Positions 1 through 10,828 of a stretch of 64,000 bases of DNA are shown one piece after another (position 1 is the first letter of the stretch; every line of letters begins with the position of its first letter). The DNA comes from Pseudogymnoascus verrucosus (lineage: Eukaryota): NCBI GenBank assembly GCA_001662655.1, contig KV460234.1. The stretch is one strand, 5' to 3'. The notes below the pieces were generated by a model. That model made no database searches and had not been told where the DNA came from. It saw only the letters and a list, made by a program, of their open reading frames with translations. A program made the translations under genes and the position numbers.

Positions 1-1096
1 GGTGGGGTGATCTTCTCCTTCGCGACGCAGCCGTTGATCGACCACTTCAGCCTCGCCTGGTCCCTCCGCGCCATCGCCGTCATCTCGGGAAGCATGCTCC
101 TCGTCGCCGCCCTCCTCCTGCGCACGCGCAACGCCGCGATTCAACCACGCCAACACGGATTCGCTATCCGACTCCTCGCGCGCTACGAGGTCGTGTTGCT
201 GCTCGGGTGGTCGTTTGCCAGTCTCGTCGGGTATATCGTCTTATTATTCAGCCTCTCCGACTACGCCCAATCCATCGGTATCCCCCCCTCGCGCGCAGCC
301 TCCATAACAGGTCTCGTCAACGTCGGTACCGCCGTCGGTCGTCCCTTCGTCGGCGCACTAAGCGATCGCTGGGGACGCATCGAGGTTGCGGGCGTGGTGA
401 CGGCGGTGTGTGGGGTGAGTGTGTTTGCGGTTTGGGTTCCCGCCGAAAGGGGGGGGGAGGCGGTGGTGATGGGGTTTGCGGTGCTGGCGGGGGCGACGTT
501 GGGGACGTTTTGGGTGGCTATTGGGCCGTTGTGTGTGGAGGTTGTGGGGTTGGTGGAGTTGCCGGCGTTGTTGTCGTTGGCGTGGGTGGTTGTTGTTGGG
601 CCTTGTACTGGTGAGTTTGGGGATTTTTTTGTGTTGTGGTGTGGTGTGTCTCCTATCTTGTGGGTTGTGTGGGTTGTGCGCTGTTGTGTTTTGTGTTGGG
701 TTTTGGATCTGGGGTTTATTTCCTGTCGTGTATATCGAGTTCGCTTGTCATAACCCCCCAAGGTATCACCTCAAAAAAAAAAAGAAAGCTAACACCCAAC
801 CAGTCTCGGAGGTAATAGCCCTCAAACTCCGCACCCCCGGCACGTCACACCCCTACATCGGCCCGCAAGTCCTCGCCGGCACCGCATACCTCGTGGCAGC
901 CGGCATCATGCTCGAGCTATGGCGTGTTCATCGCGGGAAATCGGGGAGGGCGGCGGTAGGGGTTGATGTTGAAGAGGGAGGAGAAGCAGGGGGGGTGAGA
1001 GTTAGAGGGGAGGAGCTGATGGAAGAGGTTGTTGTTGTATCAGGTGACCACAAGAACGAGGTGAACAGACAGCAGGTGCAGGAAGAAAAGTCATAA
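1..1096 (+). CDS. MFS monocarboxylate-transporter-like protein (Mch family), 3' part; 5' end lies outside the window
   Basis: Multiple hydrophobic TM segments and MFS motif GRPFVGALSDRWGR. Exon to 610, intron 611-803 (GTGAGT...GCTAAC...CAG), last exon 804-1096 joins in frame (PCT/VSEVIALKLR). Confidence 0.85.
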
Positions 1097-1722
1097 CACA
1101 CACGGGATCGGTAAGAAATCACCTCGGTGACCGGCTCGGCTTGAAGCTCAGGCTCGGCATTCATCGGAGGGGGAGGTGGGGGGAAAGAGGCAGAAAGAAG
1201 GTGAATGGAGTATCGGAGTACAAGTAGGAAAAATCTGTATACCCTTAGTATATTTTCTCACCTTTTCCAACTGCCTTGATTCGTATTCGTTACTCTTAAC
1301 CTCTTTAGTTTTGATACAAAAAACACAACGCGCGCCGATGTCGGATACATCCACCGCCACCTCTCCTCCTTCAGTCACCCTCACCTATCCAATTCCTCCC
1401 GTCAGCCAAGATCCCCATCATCCCATTATCCCACCATCTCGGCCCCCCATACCCGGCCGGAACCCTACCCCGCGCCTCTCTTCTCGCCAATTTATGTAAT
1501 CCCAAGGGCGCGTGAGCCTGAGTGAGTCAATCCCCTAGCTCTAAAGCTCGAAATCTGGACGTCGAGGGAGTGGGGCGTATATGGGGCTAGATGTGGGGCT
1601 TAAAGACCTGGCGAGGGGAGCTAACGGATGTGACGGCTCTAGCGGGGTTTGCTTGGCGCGGACGACACTAGAGATGCAGGGAGGGTGCGGCGGCGGGTGC
1701 TGCGGGTGGTGTTCGGGGGTTG

Positions 1723-1743
1723 TAAAAAAAAAAAAAAAAAAAA
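1723..1743. repeat. poly(A) homopolymer tract
   Basis: Run of about 21 A residues. Confidence 0.9.
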
Positions 1744-3112
1744 TGGATGGAGGGAGAGAGTCATTTGGGACGGGTGTTGGGGGGATGGATGGGGATGGAG
1801 AGGGGAATGGGGGATTGTGAATTAGGGAGGGGGGTTGGATGGGATTGTAGGGTGAGATGGGTGAGGGAGTGCGTAATCGTGGAGATGGAGATGGGAGTCA
1901 CGGATTATCTGATGTCGTGATGTGGTGGGAGAGATTGTGTGATTGTTATGTTCGTATTGTTGTTGTGGGCAGGGCGCGAGTGGGCGTGGGTAAGTGTGGA
2001 TAGGCGTGGAGAGGGGCGCGGAGAGGTCGTAGTGGCTTATGTGGAGTGTCATGGGCATGGAGAGGGCGTGGTGGCTTATGTAGGTAGAGTAGCATGAGCG
2101 TGGATAAGCGCGGTAAAGTGTCATGGGCGTGGGATGGGAAGGGGAGGGAAGGAGGGATGTTGGTATAAAGTTAGAGTAGTAATCTGAGGATATTATATGG
2201 ATTTATAAGCAGGAATGTTATTACTATTGTATGTATGTTCACAGCTGATCTCTAGATGTCAGTCTGCCTTGTCTTGGAATGGTGGTATGATGAGATTGTG
2301 GCTTCAAGTTAACTAATCGCGGGATGGGTTGATTATTAATATGATGATATACGCGTATTCCACGTATACACATACACACACACGTCAACATCGTCGAGTT
2401 CTCGTATTATATGGTAAGAGTATGACAATTCTGATGGCATCATGATTGAGTAGGTATGCTTATGACAGACAGGCACGGACGGAGAGTTATTCCTCCCCGT
2501 CTGACTGTGTTAGCCCTGACTGTGATGGCCCTTCAAAATAAATCTCCGATTACAAACACGTCAGCTTCATCAACCCACAAACAGGGGTAGCACGTGCAAA
2601 TAGCCGCATACCTGATAGCTGCCGTACTAGTCCTATCAGCAGCGTGTAGTCAATCCCATAAGTCAATCCCTCTTTCGCCCTCTTCCTCCCTCCATAATCT
2701 CCATGACTCCCCGTCTAGCCCCGCGGAAACGCTAGGACCATCCTGTCACGCCAACCCCCCATCCACACACCAACCGACCGCCGATCCCCTCTGCACCCCC
2801 GCTAGCCCATCTACCAAAAACACGCTAGTCAACCTGCCAATCCACGCTAAAACACGCCTTGGGGACGGCAAAGCAGCGAACAGAACCGAACAGGACTCAC
2901 CGGTATCCACCAAGGTGCATGGGGGCGTGCTTGGCAGGTGTGTGGGTGTGGTGATGATGATGAAATGGGGGAGGAATGCAGATTAAATGTTAACGATGAT
3001 GGGCTGCCTGAGGCTGGGGGGGAGGGGGGTGTATGTATGTGTTACAGGGAAGGGGGGGAGGGGAAAGGGAAGGTACTGTGTGAGCTATGGAGCTATGGGA
3101 GGGACAAGAGCA

Positions 3113-3340
3113 GGAGCTCTGGTGATGGGGGGGAGAGTTGCCATGGTTGGTTATGACCAATCACGCGCTTACCACCTATTATATTCTGCCCTCCCTCTCC
3201 TGGCTCTCTCCCCCCCATTCAAGAGCTATGGGTGATGGGGGTGGGAGAGAGAGTGTTTGCCATGGTTAGTTATGACCAATCACGCGCTTACCTATCTGTC
3301 GTCCTCCTGGCTCCCCTCCCCTCCTCGCTCCCCCCCTTCC
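3113..3340. repeat. Two imperfect tandem copies (~110 bp) sharing the core TTGCCATGGTT(G/A)GTTATGACCAATCACGCGCTTACC
   Basis: Core seen at about 3138-3173 and 3256-3292. Each copy starts GAGCT..GGTGATGGGG and ends in a pyrimidine-rich CTCCTGGCTC tract. Confidence 0.85.
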
Positions 3341-3982
3341 CGTCTTGGTGCTACGCTAACCCAACCCCGCTGCACGGGACAGGCGTGCGTGCACTGTCCA
3401 TCCACTGCCCACCGCCTACCGCCTACCGCCCACCGCCCATCGGCCACCACCTCCGTCACCCCCACTACCTCAAACATACTCTACTACGTACTATTTTCTA
3501 CACTGTAGAGCTGTGGATTATCTGTCCGTCTGGTGACTCAGGCTCCAATAATTGGGAAAAAACTGGAAAACTCCACTCTCCGCAACTCACTCCACACACT
3601 ACAGTCCCTTGTATACGTGACTATATGACCGATTATACGCGGCCTATACGTGCCTTCTTCTACTACCAAAATAGAGAGTACCAAGGTCCAGGGTATCATT
3701 TTCCGCTCAGGTAAGCAGGGACCACCACCCACCCACCACCACCACCTACCTCCACTACCATCAGCCTTCTTTTCCCATCATCCTAGTCCAGTCCAGTCAT
3801 TTTTGCTATGGGCTAGTCATTCTGGTATGGACGGACGACCATCCACACACTATGGTGCAGTCCTTGTATAAGATCGCCTTTGTCCGCTTTGAAGGATGCG
3901 TTGCTTCACTTTTTACAACTATGATTTATGAAGCCGACGTGTCTATTGAAGAGACACAAGCTGCTTAGACGACTATTTTGTG

Positions 3983-4160
3983 GTGATATTCGGTGATATA
4001 CAGAGGGATACGAAGGTTTACTCGACGAGACGGGTTTGAGGTTATATTCAGTCGTATACGGCGATATACTCAACTCGACGTCTCTGGAGTGATATTCAGT
4101 CATATACGGCGAATATACCGCGATATACTCAACTCAACGCCTCTAAAGTGATATTCACGC
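3983..4160. repeat. Imperfect ~50-60 bp tandem repeat directly upstream of the arrestin-like gene
   Basis: GT(G/T)ATATTC starts at about 3983, 4040, 4089 and 4148. GCGATATACTCAACTC occurs twice. Confidence 0.8.
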
Positions 4161-4240
4161 CCTGACTCACTCAACCTATCACTCACATTTCCAACCAGCC
4201 TCACAACCTCGCATCCACCACCACCACAACCACCACCAAA

Positions 4241-5782
4241 ATGGGCCTCCTCCCCCTCACCCCCTCCACCCTCCGCACTATCGACGTCGTCCTCGCCTCT
4301 GACCCCCCGACCCCCTCCCCCGCCCCAAAACCGATCACCTCCTACACCACCTACGACGACATCCGGGGCCACATCCTCCTCACCTCCAGCATCCCACAAC
4401 CCTTCTCCGCCGTCGAAATCTCCCTCCTCGGCACTATCCGCACCACGCACCCCGACCACATCGCGCCTATCATCGCGGCGCCGGGGACGCAGCATGTTTT
4501 CTTGAAGTTGGTTATGCCACTTCCTCCTTCCGCTTATGGCGCCAACACCTCCCCCGGCGGCGAAGGTGGGGAAGATATCCACCACCTCACCCCAGGGCAA
4601 CCTCTCAAAATCCCATTCCATTTCGTGGTACCAGCGCGCCTACTTCCAGTAGCATGCAAGCACGACCTCGAATCCCCCGCCATCCAAGACTTACACCTCC
4701 AACTCCCGCCATCGATGGGTAACTTCCTCCTCCCCCGTGACGACCTCGCGCCGGAGATGGCAAGTGTAACCTACGGCATCCACGCTAAACTCATGTCCGT
4801 CCCTCCCAGCGCTACGAGCTACCCACAGACTCTCGCTTCGACGTTACGGAAGATCCACGTCGTACCTGCGTCTCCTGAGGCGCCGCCACTGTCGGCTGGG
4901 AAGGATAGCCGATATATCCTCTCCAAAACCAAATCCCTGCGTCGCGGGGTATTCAAGGGGAAACTCGGCACCTTAACCCTATCAACCACCCAACCGCGAG
5001 CTTTCTGCCTTCCCCCGCCCCCGACGGATCACCACGGCCCTACGCCATCAACACTAGCAACACTAACCCTCCGCTTCGACCCCGCCGACGCATCCTGTCT
5101 CCCTCCCCGTCTCGGCGCACTGACGGCGAAAATCCGCGCGACGACTGTGCATTCGATTAGACCAGCCCGCGGGATTCCGGATGAGGAAACTAGAAGTAGC
5201 CCGTATGAAATCCACAGCGGCGCGTATAGCACACACGTCTCCCTCGCCTCCCACGAAGTCACGGGGGTCGCGGCGCCATGGACGTACGTCATCCCCGCGC
5301 CTGCGTATGAGAGGAGGGATTCGGGGTATTCGACCGCAGAATCCGATGGCGACATTAACTTGGCGAACTCGGGGGGAAAGGAAGGGACAGGGCCATACTA
5401 CACAGCCACCATCCCCCTCCCCCTCAGTCTACCAGCCAACAAAACATGGATCCCAACATTCCACTCCTGCCTCGTCTCGCGCTTCTACACCCTCATGATC
5501 GAACTTATGGTTCACCCACCCGGAAAGTCAGCTGTGCCGAGTTGTCTGGCACTTAAAGTCCCTGTGCAGGTTATGGGAGAGGGGAGGGAGGGGAGGGAGG
5601 AGGCTTTTGAAGCTGGTGGACGAGCTGTGGTGGAGGGTGCAGCGCTTGGGTGGGAGGGTGAGGGAGGGGGGGATTTGGAGGGGATGGAGGGAGTGGAGGG
5701 GTTGCAGGGGGTGGCGGTTACGGAGGCGGGGGATGAGTTGCCGGGGTATGTGACGCCTGCTAGGCGGTTGAGGGGGAGGTGA
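4241..5782 (+). CDS. Arrestin/Bul1-like protein (putative Rsp5 ubiquitin-ligase adaptor)
   Basis: Intronless 513-aa ORF with arrestin-fold signatures (SYTTYDDIRG, HVFLKL, IPFHFVVP, LPPSMG, PTFHSCLVSRFY) and C-terminal LPGY PY-like motif. Confidence 0.8.
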   Translation: MGLLPLTPSTLRTIDVVLASDPPTPSPAPKPITSYTTYDDIRGHILLTSSIPQPFSAVEISLLGTIRTTHPDHIAPIIAAPGTQHVFLKLVMPLPPSAYGANTSPGGEGGEDIHHLTPGQPLKIPFHFVVPARLLPVACKHDLESPAIQDLHLQLPPSMGNFLLPRDDLAPEMASVTYGIHAKLMSVPPSATSYPQTLASTLRKIHVVPASPEAPPLSAGKDSRYILSKTKSLRRGVFKGKLGTLTLSTTQPRAFCLPPPPTDHHGPTPSTLATLTLRFDPADASCLPPRLGALTAKIRATTVHSIRPARGIPDEETRSSPYEIHSGAYSTHVSLASHEVTGVAAPWTYVIPAPAYERRDSGYSTAESDGDINLANSGGKEGTGPYYTATIPLPLSLPANKTWIPTFHSCLVSRFYTLMIELMVHPPGKSAVPSCLALKVPVQVMGEGREGREEAFEAGGRAVVEGAALGWEGEGGGDLEGMEGVEGLQGVAVTEAGDELPGYVTPARRLRGR

Positions 5783-6449
5783 GGTGTTTGGGTCTTGATA
5801 TTGGATGACGGATGATGGGTTTGTATCTGGATTTGGATGATTTATGATGGATCCTTGAGTTTGGGATGACAGGAGCGAATAGATTGCATGTGCAGCTGGT
5901 CCTGGTCAAATCGATCACTGGACTGATGTTGGAGGAAGCGGAGATACCCCATGTTTCAACACTACTTTTGGCGGGTGGGCGGGCGGATTAAAAAAGCGGG
6001 CAGTGCCTGCTTGAGCGGTTTATTAATTTTTGGTTTTTCGATGGGTTGATGAGTTGATGGGTTTATCACATTTGAGTCGGAGTTCGGGGAATTTTTTAAT
6101 GGGATGACTGTTTGTTGTAGTAGCATAAAATAAATAATTAATTAATTTAAAATAGATGATTCTCTTCTCTTCCATTTAATTTTATATTTCCATTTTCTAT
6201 TCCGACAACTTTTCCCTATTCATCACACTAAACCCCCACCAACACCCACAACCGCAACCGCAACAACACACCCAGTCGGGCATTTAAAGAACCGCCCGCC
6301 CCACCCACCAACGAGCAGCATTCTCCAGCCAAAGCAAAGGAACTAAGTTGAAACGGGCGCGTATCGTCTGAGCCGTCTACATCAATGACGTGTCTGTGTT
6401 CCAGCCCGTCTGTATGTTCGTCGATTCTGTCTGCTGTGTGCAAGAGGTG

Positions 6450-9400
6450 GGGGGTGAGAGGAGGAGCGGTGACAGGACTCCGAGGCGACGAGAACTGCCC
6501 CCTGTTGATACCCCCCCACCCCCCCCCCCCGCATCCGCATATATCCCGCAATAAGGACTGAAATGCTGGAATCGCGGATACACACCAGACCTCATGGCCT
6601 AGAGGATATATGCGAACGTCGCTTTGAGTAAAGAGAGGGCGGGGCGCTGGGGAGGGATATTTAAAGCTTCTGGGCTTTGGATCTAGCGGAGCAGGGTGTT
6701 GGTAAGTGTTGTGGATTTATTTTTTGGGGATTGGTGACGGTGTGGTTTATAGTGCTGTGGCTGAGGTGGACTGTGGGGGGAGGACTGGGGAGGTGGGGAA
6801 CTGGGGGGAGAGGGGATTTACTGACTGGCTTGGTTGTGTTGGCGGGGTTTTATCGTGGTTTGGTCATGGTGGGATGGGTATGGTGATGTGGAAGGAGGCT
6901 GTGAGTGCTAATGATGTTTGTAGAGATGGAGATAGAGGTGGAGATGGAGATAAGTATGTTCATAATTTCCCCTACATATGAGGATGTCGATGGAGACGAG
7001 GACGGGAATACCTTCACTTCACCTAATATACCTACATAACCCAACATCCGCACCCACAACACAAACAAACTAAAGCCAAGAATAACACCAAAACAAACTT
7101 ACGCGGTGGTGTCGACCCCTTTCGCTGAAGCCACCAGTTCCATTTCCACCCAGCTGCTGTTCTTCATGTGCGTGGTCGGTGTGGATTGTGGCTCCTGCTG
7201 GTGTGAAGGCGGCGATGGCGGCAGTGGCGGTGGCGGTGGTGAGAGGACAGCGGTGACAGCAGCAACGGTGACAGCTCTGCACCGACAACGAGAATCACAG
7301 CAACGAGAGCCCTTTTGTCGTCACAAGATCTATGCTCTTCTTCCACGCGATGTAAGTAGCGCAGCGGAATGGGTTGGTCAACCGGACCTCCTTTCGTATG
7401 TGCTTAGCGGTCTTAAGGTGGGCATGAAGGGTTCTCTCCTCGATATATGGGGGGTTACGGTGGTTCTGGAGGGAGATGTGGTGTGTTGTGTGGTGAGGTG
7501 GTGAGGTGGTGTGGTGGTGAGTGTTGTGTGGTGAGGAGTGTATGGCTTGAGGGTTGTGTAAATGGGGAATTAGGTAAGGAGAAGGGGGGTTTGTTTGGAT
7601 TACTGACTATATTGCGTAGGGAGGGGTTATGATGTTTTGGTGTTGGTGGATAGACCCCGGGGGGGTGGGGATACGGATGCGGATACAGATGGAAGCCGTG
7701 ATGTGAAAGGAGGTGAAGATGGAGATGTTGTTGCTGCTGGTTTTGGTAGATATGAGACTGGAATCGGAGACGAAGATGGGGATATCTGCACTGCGCCTAA
7801 CATATTTATACAACCCATAATCCATCCCCACAAAAGATCTAACCAAATTGATGACAACAAATCCACTTCCTGATGATGTCAGCCCGTTCCGCCGAAGCTA
7901 GCAGTTTGGTCTCAACCTAGCTGTCCACGAGGGGATGTTCACGTATCTTTTCCGGGTTATGAAGCCGTAGAGCCGTATCCATAACACAGGGCATCATATA
8001 TGTCCATGGAACTAGGTCTTTTTGTATGACAGTGCCTGCTCACATTGTTCTCTCAATGAAGACATCCATGGGCATTTTAACGTGATGGCGGAACAGCCTA
8101 CTTCTGCTGCTTCCCCAAAGTCCCTGCCGCCGAACACGCCTACCCTCCGATGGGGGATGTATGCAGTCGTCTTGGAGAGGGCGGGTCATCCGCCAGTGTT
8201 ATAATCGGATCTGCAACTAACTCGTTAGTGCGCGAGTTCAACCTTACGACGAGGGGGGAACATTTCCTACAATACATGTCCAAGGCACTCTTCGGCGTAA
8301 GGGCGGCAATGGCTGAGGTGGTGGGATAGCGGCAGTGGTGGTGGTGAGAGGGTAGCGGTGACAGTGGCTAAATGACAGAAACAGTCTTAGTGACAAGAAA
8401 GCTCAGTTGCAGTCTCTGCGTACTCGATCGGTACCGGCGACTGCTTCAGCAAAAAAAAGTCCCCGTTCCTCGCAGTACTTCGCATATTCAATGGGTGTAG
8501 GCACTGGGCGTGTCTTGAAAAAATTGATGCTTGGTGGTGTGGCCAATTAGATCACGTCGAGTAAAGTAGGAGCGAGGTGTTATTCGCACTGCACCTTGAA
8601 TGAAGGAATCTGTGGGCATTTTAGCATAACGGCTGAGAAGCTTGAAGTCTGGGTGGTTAAGTAGGAAAGGAAGTGGGTAGAGTTGAAGAGTATGAATGTG
8701 ATGAATTATGACTACAGGTAGATGGAGACTAACTACGACGAATACACGGTCCAGGCGAATGCGAAAGCCTACAAGTCGAGAGCGCTACATCCAGGACGAG
8801 ACCGGCTGCGACAGGCGAAACATGTGGTAAAGGCTATTGTAGAAAAGAGCTTCGTTGCGACTGCTGGTGCTGTTAGCGTGAGGGCGGTGACTGCAGCAAT
8901 GGTAGCCATGCGGAAGTGAGAGGACGGCGGTGACAGCAGCCACACGACAGCAACAGCTTCAGCGACAAGAAAGTTACCCCTGGCTCAAACATACCCCCAC
9001 ACATCATAGCCTCGATTTCAGTAGGTATAAATATGTTGTCCCCGGCCACAAACCTGTTACCATCTTATTCTGTTTCTCTCTGGCTATTCTTCGTTCACTT
9101 GGTAAAAGGGGGGGGGTTTGTACCTTTCTGTTCGTGGCGGGGGCGATGGGGTTGGATGAAGGGGAGGGTGTTTGGGATCGGTATATTTGGGGAGGGGCTA
9201 AGAGAGAGAGAGAGAGAGAGAGAGAGATCCTTGCGATCATCACCTCTGTCATGGTGCGAATATGATATTGTCTCTGCACTGGCGCAACGTATGAAGCCGC
9301 CTTTCCCTCCCATCCCAACAAGCCGTGTATCACCGCCCTCCAGAGACTATATAAACACAATACGTTCACGCGAGAAAGAGGGGACAGATAGGCAATCTCT

Positions 9401-9625
9401 TGTACCTCATGATCCATGTGGCTGTTGGTCTGTGGCTGCAAAACCTAGTAGTCAGCTTGCGCTTGGAGCTGTGTTGACTCGGGATGAGGTTCTATGTGTG
9501 ACACAGAAAAGGCGCGAGATGTAAGGAGTGTGAGAGCGGTGAGAGGCGGCGGTGACAGCAGCGCCATGTTAGCGACAGCTTCAGCGATGAGAAAGGCTCG
9601 TGACGAGAATTTGCGGTGACAGTAC
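6450..9625. repeat. Array of degenerate repeat units (spacing ~0.55-1.1 kb) marked by GAGAGG-N(2-4)-GCGGTGACAG
   Basis: Motif at about 6457, 7241, 8346, 8918 and 9541. Additional duplicated blocks at about 6976-7060 vs 7750-7833 and 8037-8100 vs 8581-8643. Confidence 0.7.
9201..9227. repeat. (AG)n microsatellite
   Basis: About 13 AG units. Confidence 0.9.
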
Positions 9626-10828
9626 CGGCTTCTTTGCGTCGCTGAGCTTTGCTTATCTCTATCAAGGGGGGTTTTCTGCTTGGTGGGTTATTATTTGGAT
9701 GAGATAGCCTCCTTCCTGTAGCTATTCTTCTTCGCTTTCATTTGGCCGATTTCCCTTCCACGTTCCCATCTCCATGCGCTTACATAAATCCTGTGCCGAA
9801 AACGACGTGGTGAGGTGGCAGCCGCGTGCTGAAGCTTGGAAAGCTCCGCCTTGAGCCCGATGTTGGGATCCTCGCGACCCTGTGACACGGAGGTTTTAGC
9901 TGCGGCGGCGCCAGCGGTAGCTTCCCGCCCTGGACTCGAGCTTATTGTTGGGATTTTGTGACGTTGCGCCGTTCTCCATGCTGTCGCAAGGCATCCAATG
10001 GGGGAAGGAGTCGATCATCACGTCTGTCTCGGAGACAAATACAAACCGCGGCAGCGCAGCATACATACGAAGACGCCTTCTCAACTCAATACTACTCATA
10101 AGATTATATTTCGGTCTTATTTTATTCGCTCCCATCGCTTCCCTGATATCCCGCCATCCCCCTCAAAAAGCAGAGCCAACAACCACCCTTGGTTTGCAGT
10201 ATTTAAAGATCGTTGGAGAACATATTATACCAATCACTCAATTCTGCGACTTTGATGGCCTTTATGTCACTGACCGGTGTGGCTAGCGTTGGGTGTCAAC
10301 TCTCCACATATTGTCCAATAATCATTTCTTGCACAAAGCTCAGGTCAATGTCGTGCGCCTCTTGGTAAAGGATGGACTTTTCGCAGATGTTCTATTGACC
10401 CAACTTTGCAACTGCGCAATCAACATTACCTTTTTGCAAGTTGTTACTGGGCTGGTTAAGACAGTATGTGTTTGGAGATATGAGAATGGTGCTGTAGCCC
10501 GGAACCTGCCATGAGATCCCCAAGCAGTTACCCCAGTATTGTAGCACAAACAAGGGTTTTCCCACACCGTGGAATATGCAGTCGAGTCAATTCCAATACT
10601 ATACCCAACAATGTTTAAGATCCCTGCTGCATGTATAGTAGTCACCTACATAAACTTGAACGAGGCTGGGCTGTTTAACTTAGATATCCACACGACCCAA
10701 CGCCATCGTCATTCACCATATCTCCTCGTCCATTTATGTGCATATTCTCTGGCTAAGCTGGACCTCATTTTTGCCTCGGAAATGATCACTGTAACGCATA
10801 TTCAATTGGGATTTGTAGGACATTCGCG

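Noticed and set aside
1176..3900. Numerous short ORFs in G-rich/C-rich low-complexity DNA
   Set aside because: Composition-driven, with no domains or coherent exon chain.
10293..10514. Possible ankyrin relic (LHKAQVNVVRLLVKDG) upstream of the NLR
   Set aside because: Too short and degenerate to support without a profile search.
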